Part shown: positions 46,801-60,140 of the stretch, piece by piece
Position numbering within the stretch: position 1 is the stretch's first letter
Layout of the letters: each line of letters opens with the position of its first letter
NCBI RefSeq assembly: GCF_000143415.4
Contig: NW_003314359.1
Span: 405,477 to 469,476, forward strand
Origin: Selaginella moellendorffii
Taxonomy: Eukaryota > Plantae > Lycopodiophyta
Length of the DNA stretch: 64,000 nt
Direction: 5' to 3'
Notes under the pieces: generated by a model
Databases searched by the model: none
Told to the model about the DNA's origin: nothing
What the model saw: the letters and a program-made list of their open reading frames with translations, nothing else
Made by a program: the position numbers and the translations under genes

Positions 46801-49800
46801 AAAGCGATTGAACGACGACATAAGCATCTGGCCTTTGCAAACTATGGACCACGAGGTAAAAAATGGTTGCAAAAGCCTTCTACTTCTAATGTGTATCTTG
46901 ACAGTCTAAGGCGGCGACTTTTGTTACTAATATCACTCAAGAAGCGCCTCCAAAGCAGTTGGCTTTTAAGCTTAAGGACATTGGAAATCAAAGTAATACT
47001 GACAATTTAGTCGGTGATGGCGAAATTCGACGAGTTTCCGCGACTATATTTGATGATTTTGGCGGAATGGTAACGGTAGGCTTCACCTGTTTTTTTATCT
47101 TACGTTTTGTATTTTACAGGTAGCACCTCTTGTCAATGTTTCACTGAACGGATTAACCGGTAGCGTGCACGGAACACCTGATGCAATGGAATCTACTGCA
47201 CATTTTTCGATGGTTGCTACTTCTTACAATGGACGGTGTGACGCTTGGGAGCCTCTGGTTGAGCAGACGGAAGGCTATGTGAGGTAAGTAAGTTTGTATT
47301 TGTTTGGGATTTGGCTAATGTCTTTCTTATTCAGATATACGAAGGAATCTACATCTTTGTGCTCCAGCCAGTCGCAAGTGAGTGTAGCAGCGACAAGCGA
47401 CTTAAATATCAATGTTTCGACCGCAAACCTCAACATGTTGCTAGACGCATACTCAAGCTGGAATAAGCTTGTTAGCATGGACGCGGCACCCAAGGTATTT
47501 TGTAGTATATGCAGGGTCAGACTCACATGATTGTTGCTAGGGACGGGGTGGAGCCAGGAAGCAAACTGTGCAGGAAAGAAAACTTCAGATTGTATGTCAT
47601 AACGACCTTGGCCAGAGGTTCTATTGCCGACATTTGGATGAAGACTCCAGTATAAAAATAACGCCAATCGAATCGGGAGAATCTGAAACTTTCAGAACAC
47701 CGAGTGTCATGAGTTTGCAGGACCCATTCACCAACGAATCTGTCAGACGGAAGTCCGTGACAGTCTTGACGTTGGCGCTATGTGACGCTGAGGTATAGTT
47801 GCTGTTTTTACAAATGTTTTTTAGCTCCACTGTCCGATCACAGGTACCGAAAGACGATGGATTCGGTGGTAGACAATACATGGTCGCTGTCCGTCTACTG
47901 CCGCAGTTGAAGACCGCTGAGCAGCACCAGTTTCAGTATCAAAGTGCTCGCACGAGGTGTGTGAATCCCAGTGGTAAGACTGGTCCTGATGGTGATAGAG
48001 TTTCTCTCTTATGGAATGAGGTGTTCAGTTTTGCAATTGAAAATGTGGTAAGTTTTGCAAGTATCACGTTTATGCTATAAGCATTTTTCATTCAAATCCT
48101 TGCAGCAAGCGTATAGTATGGAGGCTTTAGTCACGGATCTATCGAAAGGTAAGACAATCCTGGTTCTTTGGAGCTTACGTTGCCTTCGTTTTTATTTTAT
48201 AAGGTGCACCAGCGGGTTATTGCTGTATAGCTTCACTGCGAGAGCTAAAACTTTACGCTGGCACTCTGGAAACCGATCTTTTTGCTGGAGCCGCGGACCA
48301 GGTAAATATCGTTTTTGCCATTTTCTTTCTCGTCTGCAATGACTGTTCAGGTCAATCATCATAATCCTGTTGGGAAAATTCGATTTGCGTATAAGTTTCA
48401 CTCCATGGCAAGGAGCCTCCAGGATAGTAATCTGCGAAACGTAGAAAGGACTGGCCTTGATCCGGGAACAATTCAAGTCGGATCTTCTCCAGACGGTCCT
48501 TGGACTAAACTGTGCCTGACTCTTGCCTCGAGAAGTTCCTACCTGAAAATTGGAAGCGAAGCTGCTGCAAGTGAACTTGGAGTTATTGGTGGAGTGAAGC
48601 ATCTCACAGTAAGGTCCCTGGTTAGACTTCAAAACAACACCTCCGTTACCATGGAAGTATCGCTCTTCCCGCATTCTGCCAACCAAGATTCTCAGGAGAA
48701 TGATACAATATCTGAAGAAGTATTTGAGAATGAGCGATTTCAACCAATGCTTGGTTGGGGAAGTTCATGGCCGGGACATCTTTTGCCGTTGGATCCCGGA
48801 CGGTGGAGCAAGAGGGACCTTTCAGGATCTTCTCAAGTTAAGTATCGATATCTATTGTTTGCTCTTCCACTTTTCTGACTTTGAATTTTCTTCAGGAGTT
48901 TCCACAAGTCGAGCTTCCTTTGGGCTGGGAATGGAGTAGTGATTGGTTTGTAGATACTTCAGTGTTGGATCCGGACGGATGGGTCCATGGCTTCAGTTTC
49001 CAAGCGCTGACAGATTTTCCTGGAGGAAACTACGTTGGCAAACTCAATTTTGTACGAAGGCGACGATGGTTACGTACGAGAGAACGGACTTCGAGCTTGG
49101 AAAGCTCTCGATGCATATTGGGGTCAATTAAACCCGGCGAAGTGATTGGGATGCCTTTAGCATGTTTCCGAGAGGCGAGGCAGGATTACTCTTTGCAACT
49201 AAGGCCACAGTTTGACGGATATGGTTGGACTCAGGCAGTTTTATGTCAGACACGAGGCCAGAAAAAACTGCCTGCACAAGATATCAACGTTCGCTCTTTG
49301 CTCACGGATCAGTTCCTTTCCAGCTGCCTCTTGGAAGCTGCCAGTGCGGGAGCAGCTGCAAGAAGTATGTGGTTCTGCTTGGACGTCAACTACACCGACA
49401 TTGGAAAGGATGCATATATTGGACCTGTACGAGACTGTCAGCTGATGCTCAGTGCTCCATTGAAGATTGTCAACCATCTCCCAGTATCAGCTGAGTACTC
49501 AGTGCATGACTCCTCGCGTATCAGAGGTTACCGAATGCAAGATAAAGGAGTGGTCTTATCGGGTGAGGTAGCGGAAATTTACAACGCTGATGTGAGAAGA
49601 CCGGTGTATTTGTCGTTCGTTCCAGAAGGCTCCTGGCATCCAACAAAGGTCAGGTTTAACGAGGCAGGATAGTACTGTGTTAACGTTGTCGTTGTTCCTC
49701 CTGCAGGACTTGGTCTTGATTTCACATCCTTTCTGGGATGTCGCGAAGGACATGATCCTGGAGAACTTATCTACTAAAAGGCAAGTGTTACAGCTAGTTT

Positions 49801-52800
49801 AAATCAAATCATCTTTGCAACAACGTAATTCTACAGGAAGATCAAAGTTCATATTGAGTATGACTACGAAGAGGAGGTGACAGGAAAAGTGCTACGAATC
49901 TCCGTGCCATTCTGGATTGACTGTGCTAGATGCCCACCGCTGCGGCTTAAAGTTGTGGACATTGATAGTCGATCGAGCACGGGTTGTCTGCCTAGTACAG
50001 TCTCTTCTACGAGTGAAGAAGTTTTGAATGACATCCCATACAGTGAGCTGCGGAGCCCGTTCACAATGATCTCTCCGTTTACTCCGAAATCCAGTGGCAT
50101 GGCCGCCTCTCTCGCTTCAGATACTTTTGGCGCTGTCTCACCCCTGGCAGACCTTGACAAATCGGTATGTCCTTTTGCTAGCTGCTTTCTGCTCCCGTTA
50201 TACGTGTTTTTGTGATACAGGATGGCGCTGTTGAAGTAGTCGCGACCGACGGGAAATCTTATTTCAGGCTCTTGGTAACCACGGCATTGTGTCCAATAAA
50301 ATTTGCACACACGAAGGTATGTTTGCAATGGTTCGTCTTCTGTTATAAACCTTCTCTTTCGTAGGTCGTCACGATAAGGCCGTTCATCACGTTCACCAAT
50401 AGATTTGGTGCTGAGCTATTCATGAAGCAAGCGTCTCAAGAAGAGCCTTGCAAGCTGAACTCATATGACTGGAGGACGGCCTTCCCAGTTTCTTCTATAA
50501 GTGAGACGTTGTCGCTTCAGGTAATTAATTGCACTGGGCCTTTCACCCTGTGATAAATCGTGGGTATGAACAGGTGCGCACAGAGTCTTCGCAGTGGTCT
50601 TACCCTATAAAAATTGAGCAAGAAGAAACTATTCATTTTTACGTGCAAGGCGATGATAAGAAGAAGTATTTTATACGGGTGGAGGTTCGTAGTCATCAGG
50701 AAGGATCCAAGTTTGTGCTAGTGTTTCGTCGTGGATCACTACGAGGGCCTTACCGGTATGTATCGTTTTGCAGCATTTTACGAGGATGTTGAGTATTTCT
50801 GAATCGGCAGGATTGAAAATCGGACGAGACAAAAGAGGCTTCGGTTTCGGCAGCTGGGAACTTCTGGTGATGATTGGGAACTTCTTTATCCAAACTGCAC
50901 CAGATCTTTTGCTTTAAAACATCCGAGTGGACAACACATTTTAGAGTTGCTGCCGGAGGGAGTTCCTGAGGATAAGATTCATAAATATGACCTTGACAAA
51001 CTTGAAGAAACAAACACGCTAGATGTCCATATTCGAGGATTGGTGCTTCACGGGTTTAAGCTGATAAAACTCACAGATAGTGATGAGAAGCAACAAGAGC
51101 CATCTGAAGCAGTAGAGGATGAGCAGTTGCTTCAACCGAAGGAGGCAACGGATCAACTTAAGATTGTCCTGGATATTGGGAAACTGGGTTTCTCTATCAT
51201 CGACCAAAGGCCGCAGGAAATATTTTACCTCTACATGGAAAACTTTAAGTTCTCCATTCTCAACAGTTTCCAAGAGAACACTACAAGGTAATAAGGAGTT
51301 GAGTTTATTTCACATCTCACTTTGGTTGCAGATTCAAAGTACGTTTTAAATATCTCCAACTAGACGATCAGAATATATTGTCGGCCTCGCCGGTTATTTT
51401 TGCACCGGACAGTAGAGGACTTTCATCGGACGAAAACGTTTTGAAAGCTTCCGTCATTCTTCTAAATGACAAGGAAGAAGGTACAAAGGTGTACCCGTAT
51501 GTCGGCTTTTGGGTAAGACTCGAGCTCGTATTGATGCATTGAATGATCAGCTTTTCTACCTTTTATAGGTTACGAAAAGAGCTTGGCGAATCAACGTACA
51601 CGAACCAGTTATATGGACAGCAATAGGAATGTACAACAACATTCAACTGGATTCGCTTTCCTCGGATTCACAAACTGTCGAAGCAGATCCGGAAATTAGA
51701 ACCAAGTATATACCTCAACTTTTTTATTTGTTCTAAGACTGTTTTGTGACCCAGCTTAATCGACATCTCGAAAGCTCACCTAAGAGTTACTTTGCAAACG
51801 GAGCCTGGTTTGCGACCTCGGGGTGTACTCGGGATATGGAGCCCCTTGGTATCATTAGCTGGAAACACGAGCAAGATGGCGGTATTTCCTTTCTTGTCTT
51901 TCTGTCCTTGCTTGTGGCTGATGGTCGTATTGTTTTATAGATCCATCTTTCTGGAGTGACATTGGAGAACCGATACATGAGACAGAGCGAGGTGTCAACG
52001 GCTGTATTAAATCATATACGCAAAGACTTGGTTCATCAAGCGCTTCAACTTCTTCTAGGTGTCAATATGTTTGGTGTTGCGAGTTCTACACTCGAAACTT
52101 TAAGTAAGAGTGCCGCAGACCTCTCGCGGGATGAGAAGTTTCAACAAGTTCGTTTGAAACAGGTACGGATGCTGCATTCTAGTTCGTTCTTGTGCACTTT
52201 TAACTTTTGGATTTTTTCCCTAGGATCGGCTCAAGCATGTCTCTGGTGTTGGTGATGGTTTACTTCGTGGTGGCGAGGCACTGGCACGCGGTTTTGCTTT
52301 TGGATTATCAGGTGTGGTAAAGAAGCCTTGCAACAGCGCTCGAGAAAATGGTTTCGTCGGTTTCTTCCAAGGAATTGGGAAGGCTTTCACGGGTTTTGTA
52401 TTCCAGCCTCTCAGTGGTGTGCTGGACTTTATTGCTCTTACCGTGGATGGAGTGAACATAAGCTATACAAGATGTTTTGAAGTGTTCACGCATGAACGGA
52501 ACTTGACAAGAGTACGTTTGCCGAGAGCAATACGTAGTGACGGTGTGCTCCTACCGTATGACGAGAGAGCTGCTCTTGGACAGGTGAGCTTTGTGTTTTT
52601 CGTCTGTCGTTCTTTCCTTTTGTTCGGTGTTCTAATTGTAAGTGTAATCAGGCAATGCTGCAACTAGCCGAAGACCACAACTTCGGGCAAAATGTCGTGT
52701 TTAAAGACCCGGCAAAATTTTCTCTGAGCGATTTCTATGAGGATCACTTTGACGTGCCAGAAAACCGAGTGGTTTTGATAACAAATCGTCGAATAATTTT

Positions 52801-54088
52801 GATCACGGTACGCACATAATACTGCTGCCATAAAATCTGAAATGTTGTGTATCTGTCGCTGCAGCAACCAGGCTCGTACAAATCTATTCGCAACGTGTCT
52901 CCCTCAAATCCTTGCAAAGTGATATGGGAAATTCCTTACATGGACTTCTATCTGTAGAACAGCTAAGGAGGCAGTCAACCTGCTATGTCATTCTACACCT
53001 TCGCAANNNNNNNNNNNNNNNNNNNNNNNNNNNNNNNNNNNNNNNNNNNNNNNNNNNNNNNNNNNNNNNNNNNNNNNNNNNNNNNNNNNNNNNNNNNNNN
53101 NNNNNNNNNNNNNNNNNNNNNNNNNNNNNNNNNNNNNNNNNNNNNNTTTCAAACAAGATCTAGGCGGTCGTAAGTTTATTTCTGAGCTTTTTATTATATT
53201 TATCAGATGAGAAAATGGCAGCAGACAAGATCAATGCCAACCCCGAGAGCATCGAAGCGTGCGCTCGCGTCGGACAGGAGGAAAGACACCGACGAGGAGG
53301 CTAGTGACTCCTCTGTAAGCGATGGACGAATAACAACCAAAGAAGTCATACTCTTCGAGCAGATCTGGAAGAGCGAGCAGGACTCGAGTGTTTGCTGTAC
53401 AACGTTTTCGTCAGCGGTACGTAAAACACTTTTTTCTTCTAATTGGAAGGCACTGAATTCTTCCATCGATGATATAGGGAGCTGACTGTGGAGTACAATG
53501 TACTATATGGCGGCCGATTGTTCCCGACGGGTAAGCGAGCTAGCACTCAAAAGGATCAAGTTGTGTAGTTTTAACTATTGGTCTTTCTTTGCGTAGCTAT
53601 GTCTCCATTGGAGACATTGCATACCACGGCACGAATCCACCCACGGTGACGGTGTCCTACAAGAACAACGATGGCATGTTTGCTCTTCCAACAGGCTTCG
53701 ATCTGGTATGAAAACTCTTCACTTTCTTCCAAACTCTAAACTCACTCGTGTTGGGAAAACTTTCCAAAAGGTGTGGAGGAACTGGAAGGATGGATACGAG
53801 CCAGTGACGATATGGAAGCCGAGAGCTCCGGCTGGGTACGAGAGCCTGGGATACGTGGCCTCGCCTGCATACGTGGAGCCGGCGGCGGACGTGGTGTGGT
53901 GTGCTCGTACTGACGCTGTGGAGGCGGCGGCGTTCCTGGAGCAAGCGTTGTGGCACGCCAAGCAACCGTGGCACTGCTACATCTACCAGGTACATAACGA
54001 CGCTCTCACCTTTTTCGTGAGCAGGGAAGCGAAAAAGAATGGGGCCTCGCGAGCCGCCAAGAGAATCGCCGCTACTAGTACCATGTAA
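37898..54088 (+). CDS. VPS13: VPS13 bridge-like lipid transfer protein (plant VPS13M type: chorein N-terminus, PH, Vps62/DUF946 repeats, C2-like, dysferlin-like, VAB/SHR-BD, C-terminal region); many short introns; one N gap
   Basis: MLEDYVAFYLQKYLGKYVKG..LKIS.W.G.VEL, LPIKVKAGFLGSVKL.VPWSRL, repeated W.P.APxGY..LG motifs, EVFENERFQP..GW, FVRRRRWLR, GFFQGIGK..RVRLPRAI. Confidence 0.93.
44005..44105 (+). repeat. In-frame 12-nt (GAG[A/C]A[A/G]AAAGAG-like) minisatellite encoding a K/E/Q tract in VPS13
   Basis: Encodes KEKAEEKEEEKEEQKEEEKEEQKQEQKEEKEE. Confidence 0.85.
53007..53146. other. Assembly gap within VPS13
   Basis: N run. Confidence 0.95.
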
Positions 54089-54917
54089 AAAATTTTAAGC
54101 TTGTTTGGAAAATAAAATCTGCAACCTTAAAAGGTTAAAGGTTTCTATTTCGTAGTTCGTGGTTGCCAGGTTGCATGGGGCAGAGCCAGAGGAAAAATTG
54201 ATTGCCATACATATATGGAATGTGTTGTTTGATAGCATGGTGCCTACGAAGAAGCACTCATGTGATATCACTTGTTCTTATATTTCTAGTCGCTCTTAGA
54301 AGTTATGAAAAAGAGCAAATATAAATTTGCAAAGTCAAAAGTGAAGTATTTAAGCCACATTCTTGCAAAATCCAATCCATCCGCCTAAAAGTAGCCGCCA
54401 AAAGAGAAGAGCTCAAAATTCTTTAAATAAAACAAGAATATACACTAGGGTAACACTATCTAAATAAGTGCAAAAAAGGCAGAGTGCTAAACCTGAAGAC
54501 ATGATGAGAAGAATCCTGAAGTATGTTAGTAAGATGAATAGAAGTGTTCAAGACAGTACAGATTCCTGGTTTTGAATTTACAAAAGAACAATGCCAACCA
54601 ACCACCGCAAGTTGACGAGAAATTCGGGACTCCAACACACATGCCCATAAACAATTAAGCAAAATGGAAAAGTACCATGGGTATCTAGGATTGCATTTTA
54701 GCCACAGCTCAAGTCTCACTGGTAAAAATGAGTTACGTCGATATTACCTATATGTATACATTATAATATTTGAGTAATACGCCATGTGGTCCAAAAGTCA
54801 TTGCACACTTGTTAGCTTGAGGGCGGTCTTAAAACGGGCTTAAGCCCGTCAGAACTCCCCTGCCTCAAACCGCCACCTCACCCCTGTGCTTCATCGGATT
54901 GGTGAATCTTTATAGCA

Positions 54918-57900
54918 ATGTGGAAGCTCCATGTCTCCAGCGCTGGCGATTCTTCTTCCGCGGCCCCCCTTAGCACTCTCAACGATCTCGTCGGCCGCCA
55001 GATCTGGTGCTACGACGAGGCCCTCGGCAGCGACGAGGATCGCGCGCGCGTCCAAGAGGCTCGGGATCACTTCGCCAAGAATCGTCATGTCCAGAAGCAC
55101 AGCTCCGATCTCCTCATGCGAATGCAGGTATGCTGGTGGAATTCCTGATTTTCGAATCTCCAATCTTTCTTCTCTTCTCGCATAGCTCTCCAAGGCTGCA
55201 CAGCCGCTGCCCCAAATCCCTCCTCCAGTGAAGGTCCAAAGCGATGCGGAGATCAAGCAGAGCGATGTCGAGACCACGATTCGTCGTGCCTTGCGATTTT
55301 ACTCCACGATTCAAGCCGAGGACGGCCACTGGCCTGGTGATTACGGAGGTCCCATGTTTCTCATGCCGGGATTGGTATGAGCTTATCTTTGGGATTTCTT
55401 ACATGCCAAATGATGGTGTATTATCAGATCATTGCTTTGTACGTCACTGGAGCGGTCAACGTGGTTTTGTCACCGGAGCACCACCGAGAAATGTGTAGAT
55501 ACTTTTTCAATCACCAGGTGTGTAATCTTTCTTTCTAGCGATGTTCGTGAGTTTTTCGTCTTTCTGGAAGAACGAAGATGGCGGCTGGGGACTGCACATT
55601 GAAGGGCACAGCACGATGTTTGGCACTGTACTTGTTTATGTTTCTCTACGGCTACTTGGCCAAGAACCAGACAAGCCGGCCATGGAGAGCGCCCTTTCAT
55701 GGATTTTTGGTCATGGAGGGACCATCGCCATTCCGTCCTGGGGAAAGTTTTGGCTCGCGGTACGTGAAGGAAAATTCAAGTTGTTTCTTTGTTATTGACG
55801 ATAACCTGTTTCTGTAAGGTTCTTGGAGTGTTCGATTGGTCGGGAGTTAATCCCCTACCACCAGAAATGTATTTGCTGCCGTATGCGATTCCCCTTCATC
55901 CAGGTATCTCCTTAATTATTTGTTCTCTACGTATGCTCAAAGTTTTCTTTAGGACGTATGTGGTGTCATTGCCGGATGGTTTATCTTCCTATGAGCTATC
56001 TCTACGGTCGTCGTTTCACTGGAAAAATCACACCCACGGTTGAAGCTCTGAGAAAGGAGCTCTTTAACGGACCCTTTGAAGACGTGGATTGGAATCGTGC
56101 GCGAAATGCTTGTGCGAAGGTAAAATTTTCTGCGCACCCGAGAAGGGTGCATTTATTTTTATCAACTACAGAAAGCATTTCTTGATGACTGGTATGCAGG
56201 AAGATCTGTATTATCCTCATCCGCTCATACAAGATGTTCTTTGGGGAGTTTTGCATAAAGGTGTGGAGCCTCTTTTAATGCGTTGGCCAGGATCATTGCT
56301 GCGCAAAAAGGCGCTTGATACGGTTCTCGAGCATATCCACTACGAGGATGTCAATACGAGATATATATGCATTGGGTCTGTTAACAAGGTGGGAATCGTT
56401 TTGCTCCTCTGTCTATTTAGTTTATTGTTCCACTCAGGTCATCAACATGCTTTGCTGTTGGGCGGAGGACCCAAACTCCGAAGCTTTCAAACAGCACTTG
56501 TCCCGAATTCATGATTATCTCTGGGTTGCTGAAGATGGGCTGAAAATGCAGGTAAAAGGATTTTTAGATTTTTTTTTTTTCTATTTGTTACGTAACCAAG
56601 AAACATATAAGGGATACAATGGCAGTCAACTTTGGGATACAGCTTTTGCTGTACAAGCGATAATATCAACGGACATGCTTGAAGAATCCGGGGAGATGCT
56701 GAAGAAAGCTCATTCCTACATAGAAAAATCACAGGTTTGTAACAAGAATCCCTATCCGTTACTTATCACGATCGTCCTCCCAAAGGTACGCGAAGACTGT
56801 CCCGGGGATTTGAAGCATTTTCATCGTCATATTTCAAATGGAGCATGGACATTTTCCAACAGAGATCACGGATGGCCTGTACCGGATTGCACTGCTGAAG
56901 GCTTGAAGGTATTGTCGACTATTGAGCTATCTACCTTCTGATGGAACATTCTGTTATAGTGTGTGTTGCTTCTATCACGCATTTCCTCGGACGTTGTTGG
57001 GAAGCCCTTATCTCCGGATCGGCTTTATGATTGCGTCAAACTGATCCTTTCATTGCAGGTACTAAACTTTTCTCTTTGGACGAGTTCGCCGCTAACTGGC
57101 GAAAGCAGAACGCTAGTGGAGGAGTCGCATCATACGAGCTGACACGATCATACTCTTGGATCGAAGTGAGATGAAAGGACGCTGTGTTGGCTTTTAGTGA
57201 TAACATGTCGAAATTGCAGCTGTTCAACCCTTCAGAAATATTTGGGAACATAACAATTGACTACTCGTAAGAGCTATCTATCTAAGTATGCTCTCTTAAC
57301 GTTCTGTTTCTAGCTATGTGGAATGTACGTCAGCTTGCGTTCAGGCGCTCTGTGCTTTCAGCAGGCTCTACCCTGACCATCGGTCCAAGGAAATCGCGCT
57401 ATTTGTAGCCAAAGGATGCCAATATATTGAAAGCATTCAAAGGCCTGATGGCTCCTGGTAAGCTTGCATTCTTTTTTCTATTCTCATACGTTTTTAAGGT
57501 ACGGGTCATTGGGTGTTTGTTTCACGTACGGCATCTGGTTTGGAGTCCTGGGCTTGGTTGCCGCTGGTAAAAGCCATAAGCACTCTGCAGCGATCCGCAG
57601 GGCCTGCGATTTCCTTCTCTCCAAGCAGCTCCCATCAGGTGGCTGGGGTGAGAGCTACCTCTCCTCTCAAAACAAGGTGTGGCTAATTTTCTCTTTCTCG
57701 TGATACATGTAAGCTTCTCTTCTTTGCAGGTTTATACGAACCTGGAAGGTGGTAAGCACCACCTCGTTAACACGGCCTGGGCGATGCTAGCGCTTATTGC
57801 AGGTGGACAGGCAAGTCTAAACAATTTAGTTTCAGAAATGTTTTGGTTTCAAAATGTTTCTCTCTTTATCTTTGTTTAGGTTGAAAGAGATTCCACGCCT

Positions 57901-58180
57901 CTGCATAAAGCCGCTGCTCTTTTGGTAAACGGACAGCTTGAAGATGGCGATTTTCCACAGGAGGTATGTAATGCTTACATATGGTTTTTCCGTCACCTTG
58001 TTTGCTTCTTTCTTGCAGGAAATAATTGGAGTGTTTAACGGCAACTGCATGATCAACTACTCCGCCTACAGGTGTATCTTCCCAATCTGGGCACTCGGAC
58101 AATACCGCAGCCGCGTGCTCAAGCGTCCAGCAATTGAGTCTTTTATTAGTTTCCAGCAACACATAAACCATGACACATAA
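54918..58180 (+). CDS. 2,3-oxidosqualene cyclase (cycloartenol-synthase-derived), copy 1
   Basis: [48 protein letters not shown] repeats, GGWGESYLS; ~18 exons. Confidence 0.93.
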
Positions 58181-60140
58181 AGCATCGCTTTGCTAAAATT
58201 TTACCTATGGAATCCCAGCTCGTTTTTAGCTGGCTCGCGGCCGTCCAGTGTTGTTGTGGAAGCCCTGGAAGTCAAACATGTCTTCTTCAATATGGCAGTG
58301 GCATCCTGAAACAAAACGTGTGCTTATCAAAAACAGATGTCAGGCTCGATCACCACTTTCACTGATTCATCGTTCTTCTGGGGAATGGACTCCCACCCCT
58401 GACGTGTCCATCATGTGTAATAAGCTACCAATAGTGAATATCTTCGTTGATAGTATCATCTCTACTGCAAATTTGTTTGCTTGGGCACGCATATTATACA
58501 ACAACTTCGAATTCAAATTAAAGTTCTTCATTTATATATCGACTACTCGAAGTCCCAGATTGGCACTAGTGGAAGTGGACTGTAAAGTTTTATATATAGA
58601 GAGCGAGAGATCTCAGCTGACAACTTAAATTATCAAGATACTACTGCTGAACTGTCAAGATATTGCTGTTGAACTATCATTATCTTGACTAAAGCTTTGA
58701 TATCTATTATAACATAGTCTGATCCAAAGCCTAATTTGGTCATAACTCAAACCATTGTTGGCATACCAATCTTTGCAGCTTTTTGGTAATTTAGGGTTGT
58801 GCTAAATGTCAATTCTACAACAGAATGAGAAAATAAATTACATATCTCACAAGGGATAGACAAACTCAGTGGAATAAAACACTTCATGGACAGTGTTTCA
58901 TAAGTGATTGACGAAGTTGAAGCCAATGGCATAAAACACCCTGGCATGCTATAAACCCTCTAAAACCCTAGTATTGACTTTTCAGAATATTTTAATTTAC
59001 TTGTTTGATAAAAAAGGGTGTGAAGAATATATCTAAATATATTCCAGATTATTTCTCAATTTAACAGTTGAGATTTTCAGCTGCTAAACTTCTCAAATCA
59101 AGGTTTAATGTTAAAATTCTTACCTACTAAAATTAAATTACAGTTAAAAAGCCAAGAACCACCACCTTAAAAGGTTAAAGGTTTCTATTTCGTAGTTTGT
59201 GGTTGCCGTCCTCCAAGTTCTCAAAGACTATATCGCACAGAGAATTAGGGCTATTTATACCCCCATTCCCAAAAGCCATGATCACTTCGGCCTAGTTTTT
59301 TCCAGTTATAGTCTAACTATTGACATGTAGGTAGAATACCATGAGATCGAATGAACACTTCATTTAGAGCCGGAGGACAAATTGATTGCCATACATAGAC
59401 AGCATATGGAATGTGTTGTTTGATAGCATGGTGCCTATGAAGAAGCACTCATATGATATCACTTGTTCTTATATCTATAGTCACTCTTAGAAGTTACGAA
59501 GAAGAGCAAATATGAATTTGCAACGAAAGTGAAGTATTTAAACCACATTGTGATATGCTCTTACAAAATCCAATCCATACTGATGAAACTCAATCCGCCC
59601 AAAAGTAACCGCCAAAAGAGAAGAGCTCAAAATTCTTTAAAAGAAGTTATATACACTAGGGTAACACTTTAGGCAAAGTGCTAAAGAAAATTACATGATG
59701 AGAAGAATCCTCGAGTACGTTAGTAAGATGAATACTAGTGTTCAAGACAAGCTCAAGAGTACACATTCCTGGTTTTGAATTTATAAAAGAACAATGCACC
59801 CCAAGTTGACCAGAAATTCGGGATTTCAGCATACATGCCCATAAACAATATAGCAAAATGGAAAAGTAGCATGGGTATCTAGGATTGCATTTTAGAGACA
59901 GCTCAAGTCTCACTGGTAGTTGCCCTCTCAACCTCAAAAATGAGTTACGTAAATATTACCTATATGTATACAATATAATATTTGAGTAATACGCCATGTG
60001 GTCCAAAAGTCATTGCACACTTACTGTTAGCTTGAAGCGATCTTAAAACGGGCGTAAGCCCGTCAGAACTCCCTTGCCTAGACTTTCACAAACCGCCACC
60101 TCACCCCTGTGCTTCATCGGATTGGTGAATCTTGATAGCA

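Noticed and set aside
58248-58628. Duplicated short ORFs downstream of each OSC
   Set aside because: The frame is not conserved between duplicates (insertion in copy 2), starts are non-ATG and no domain is recognisable.
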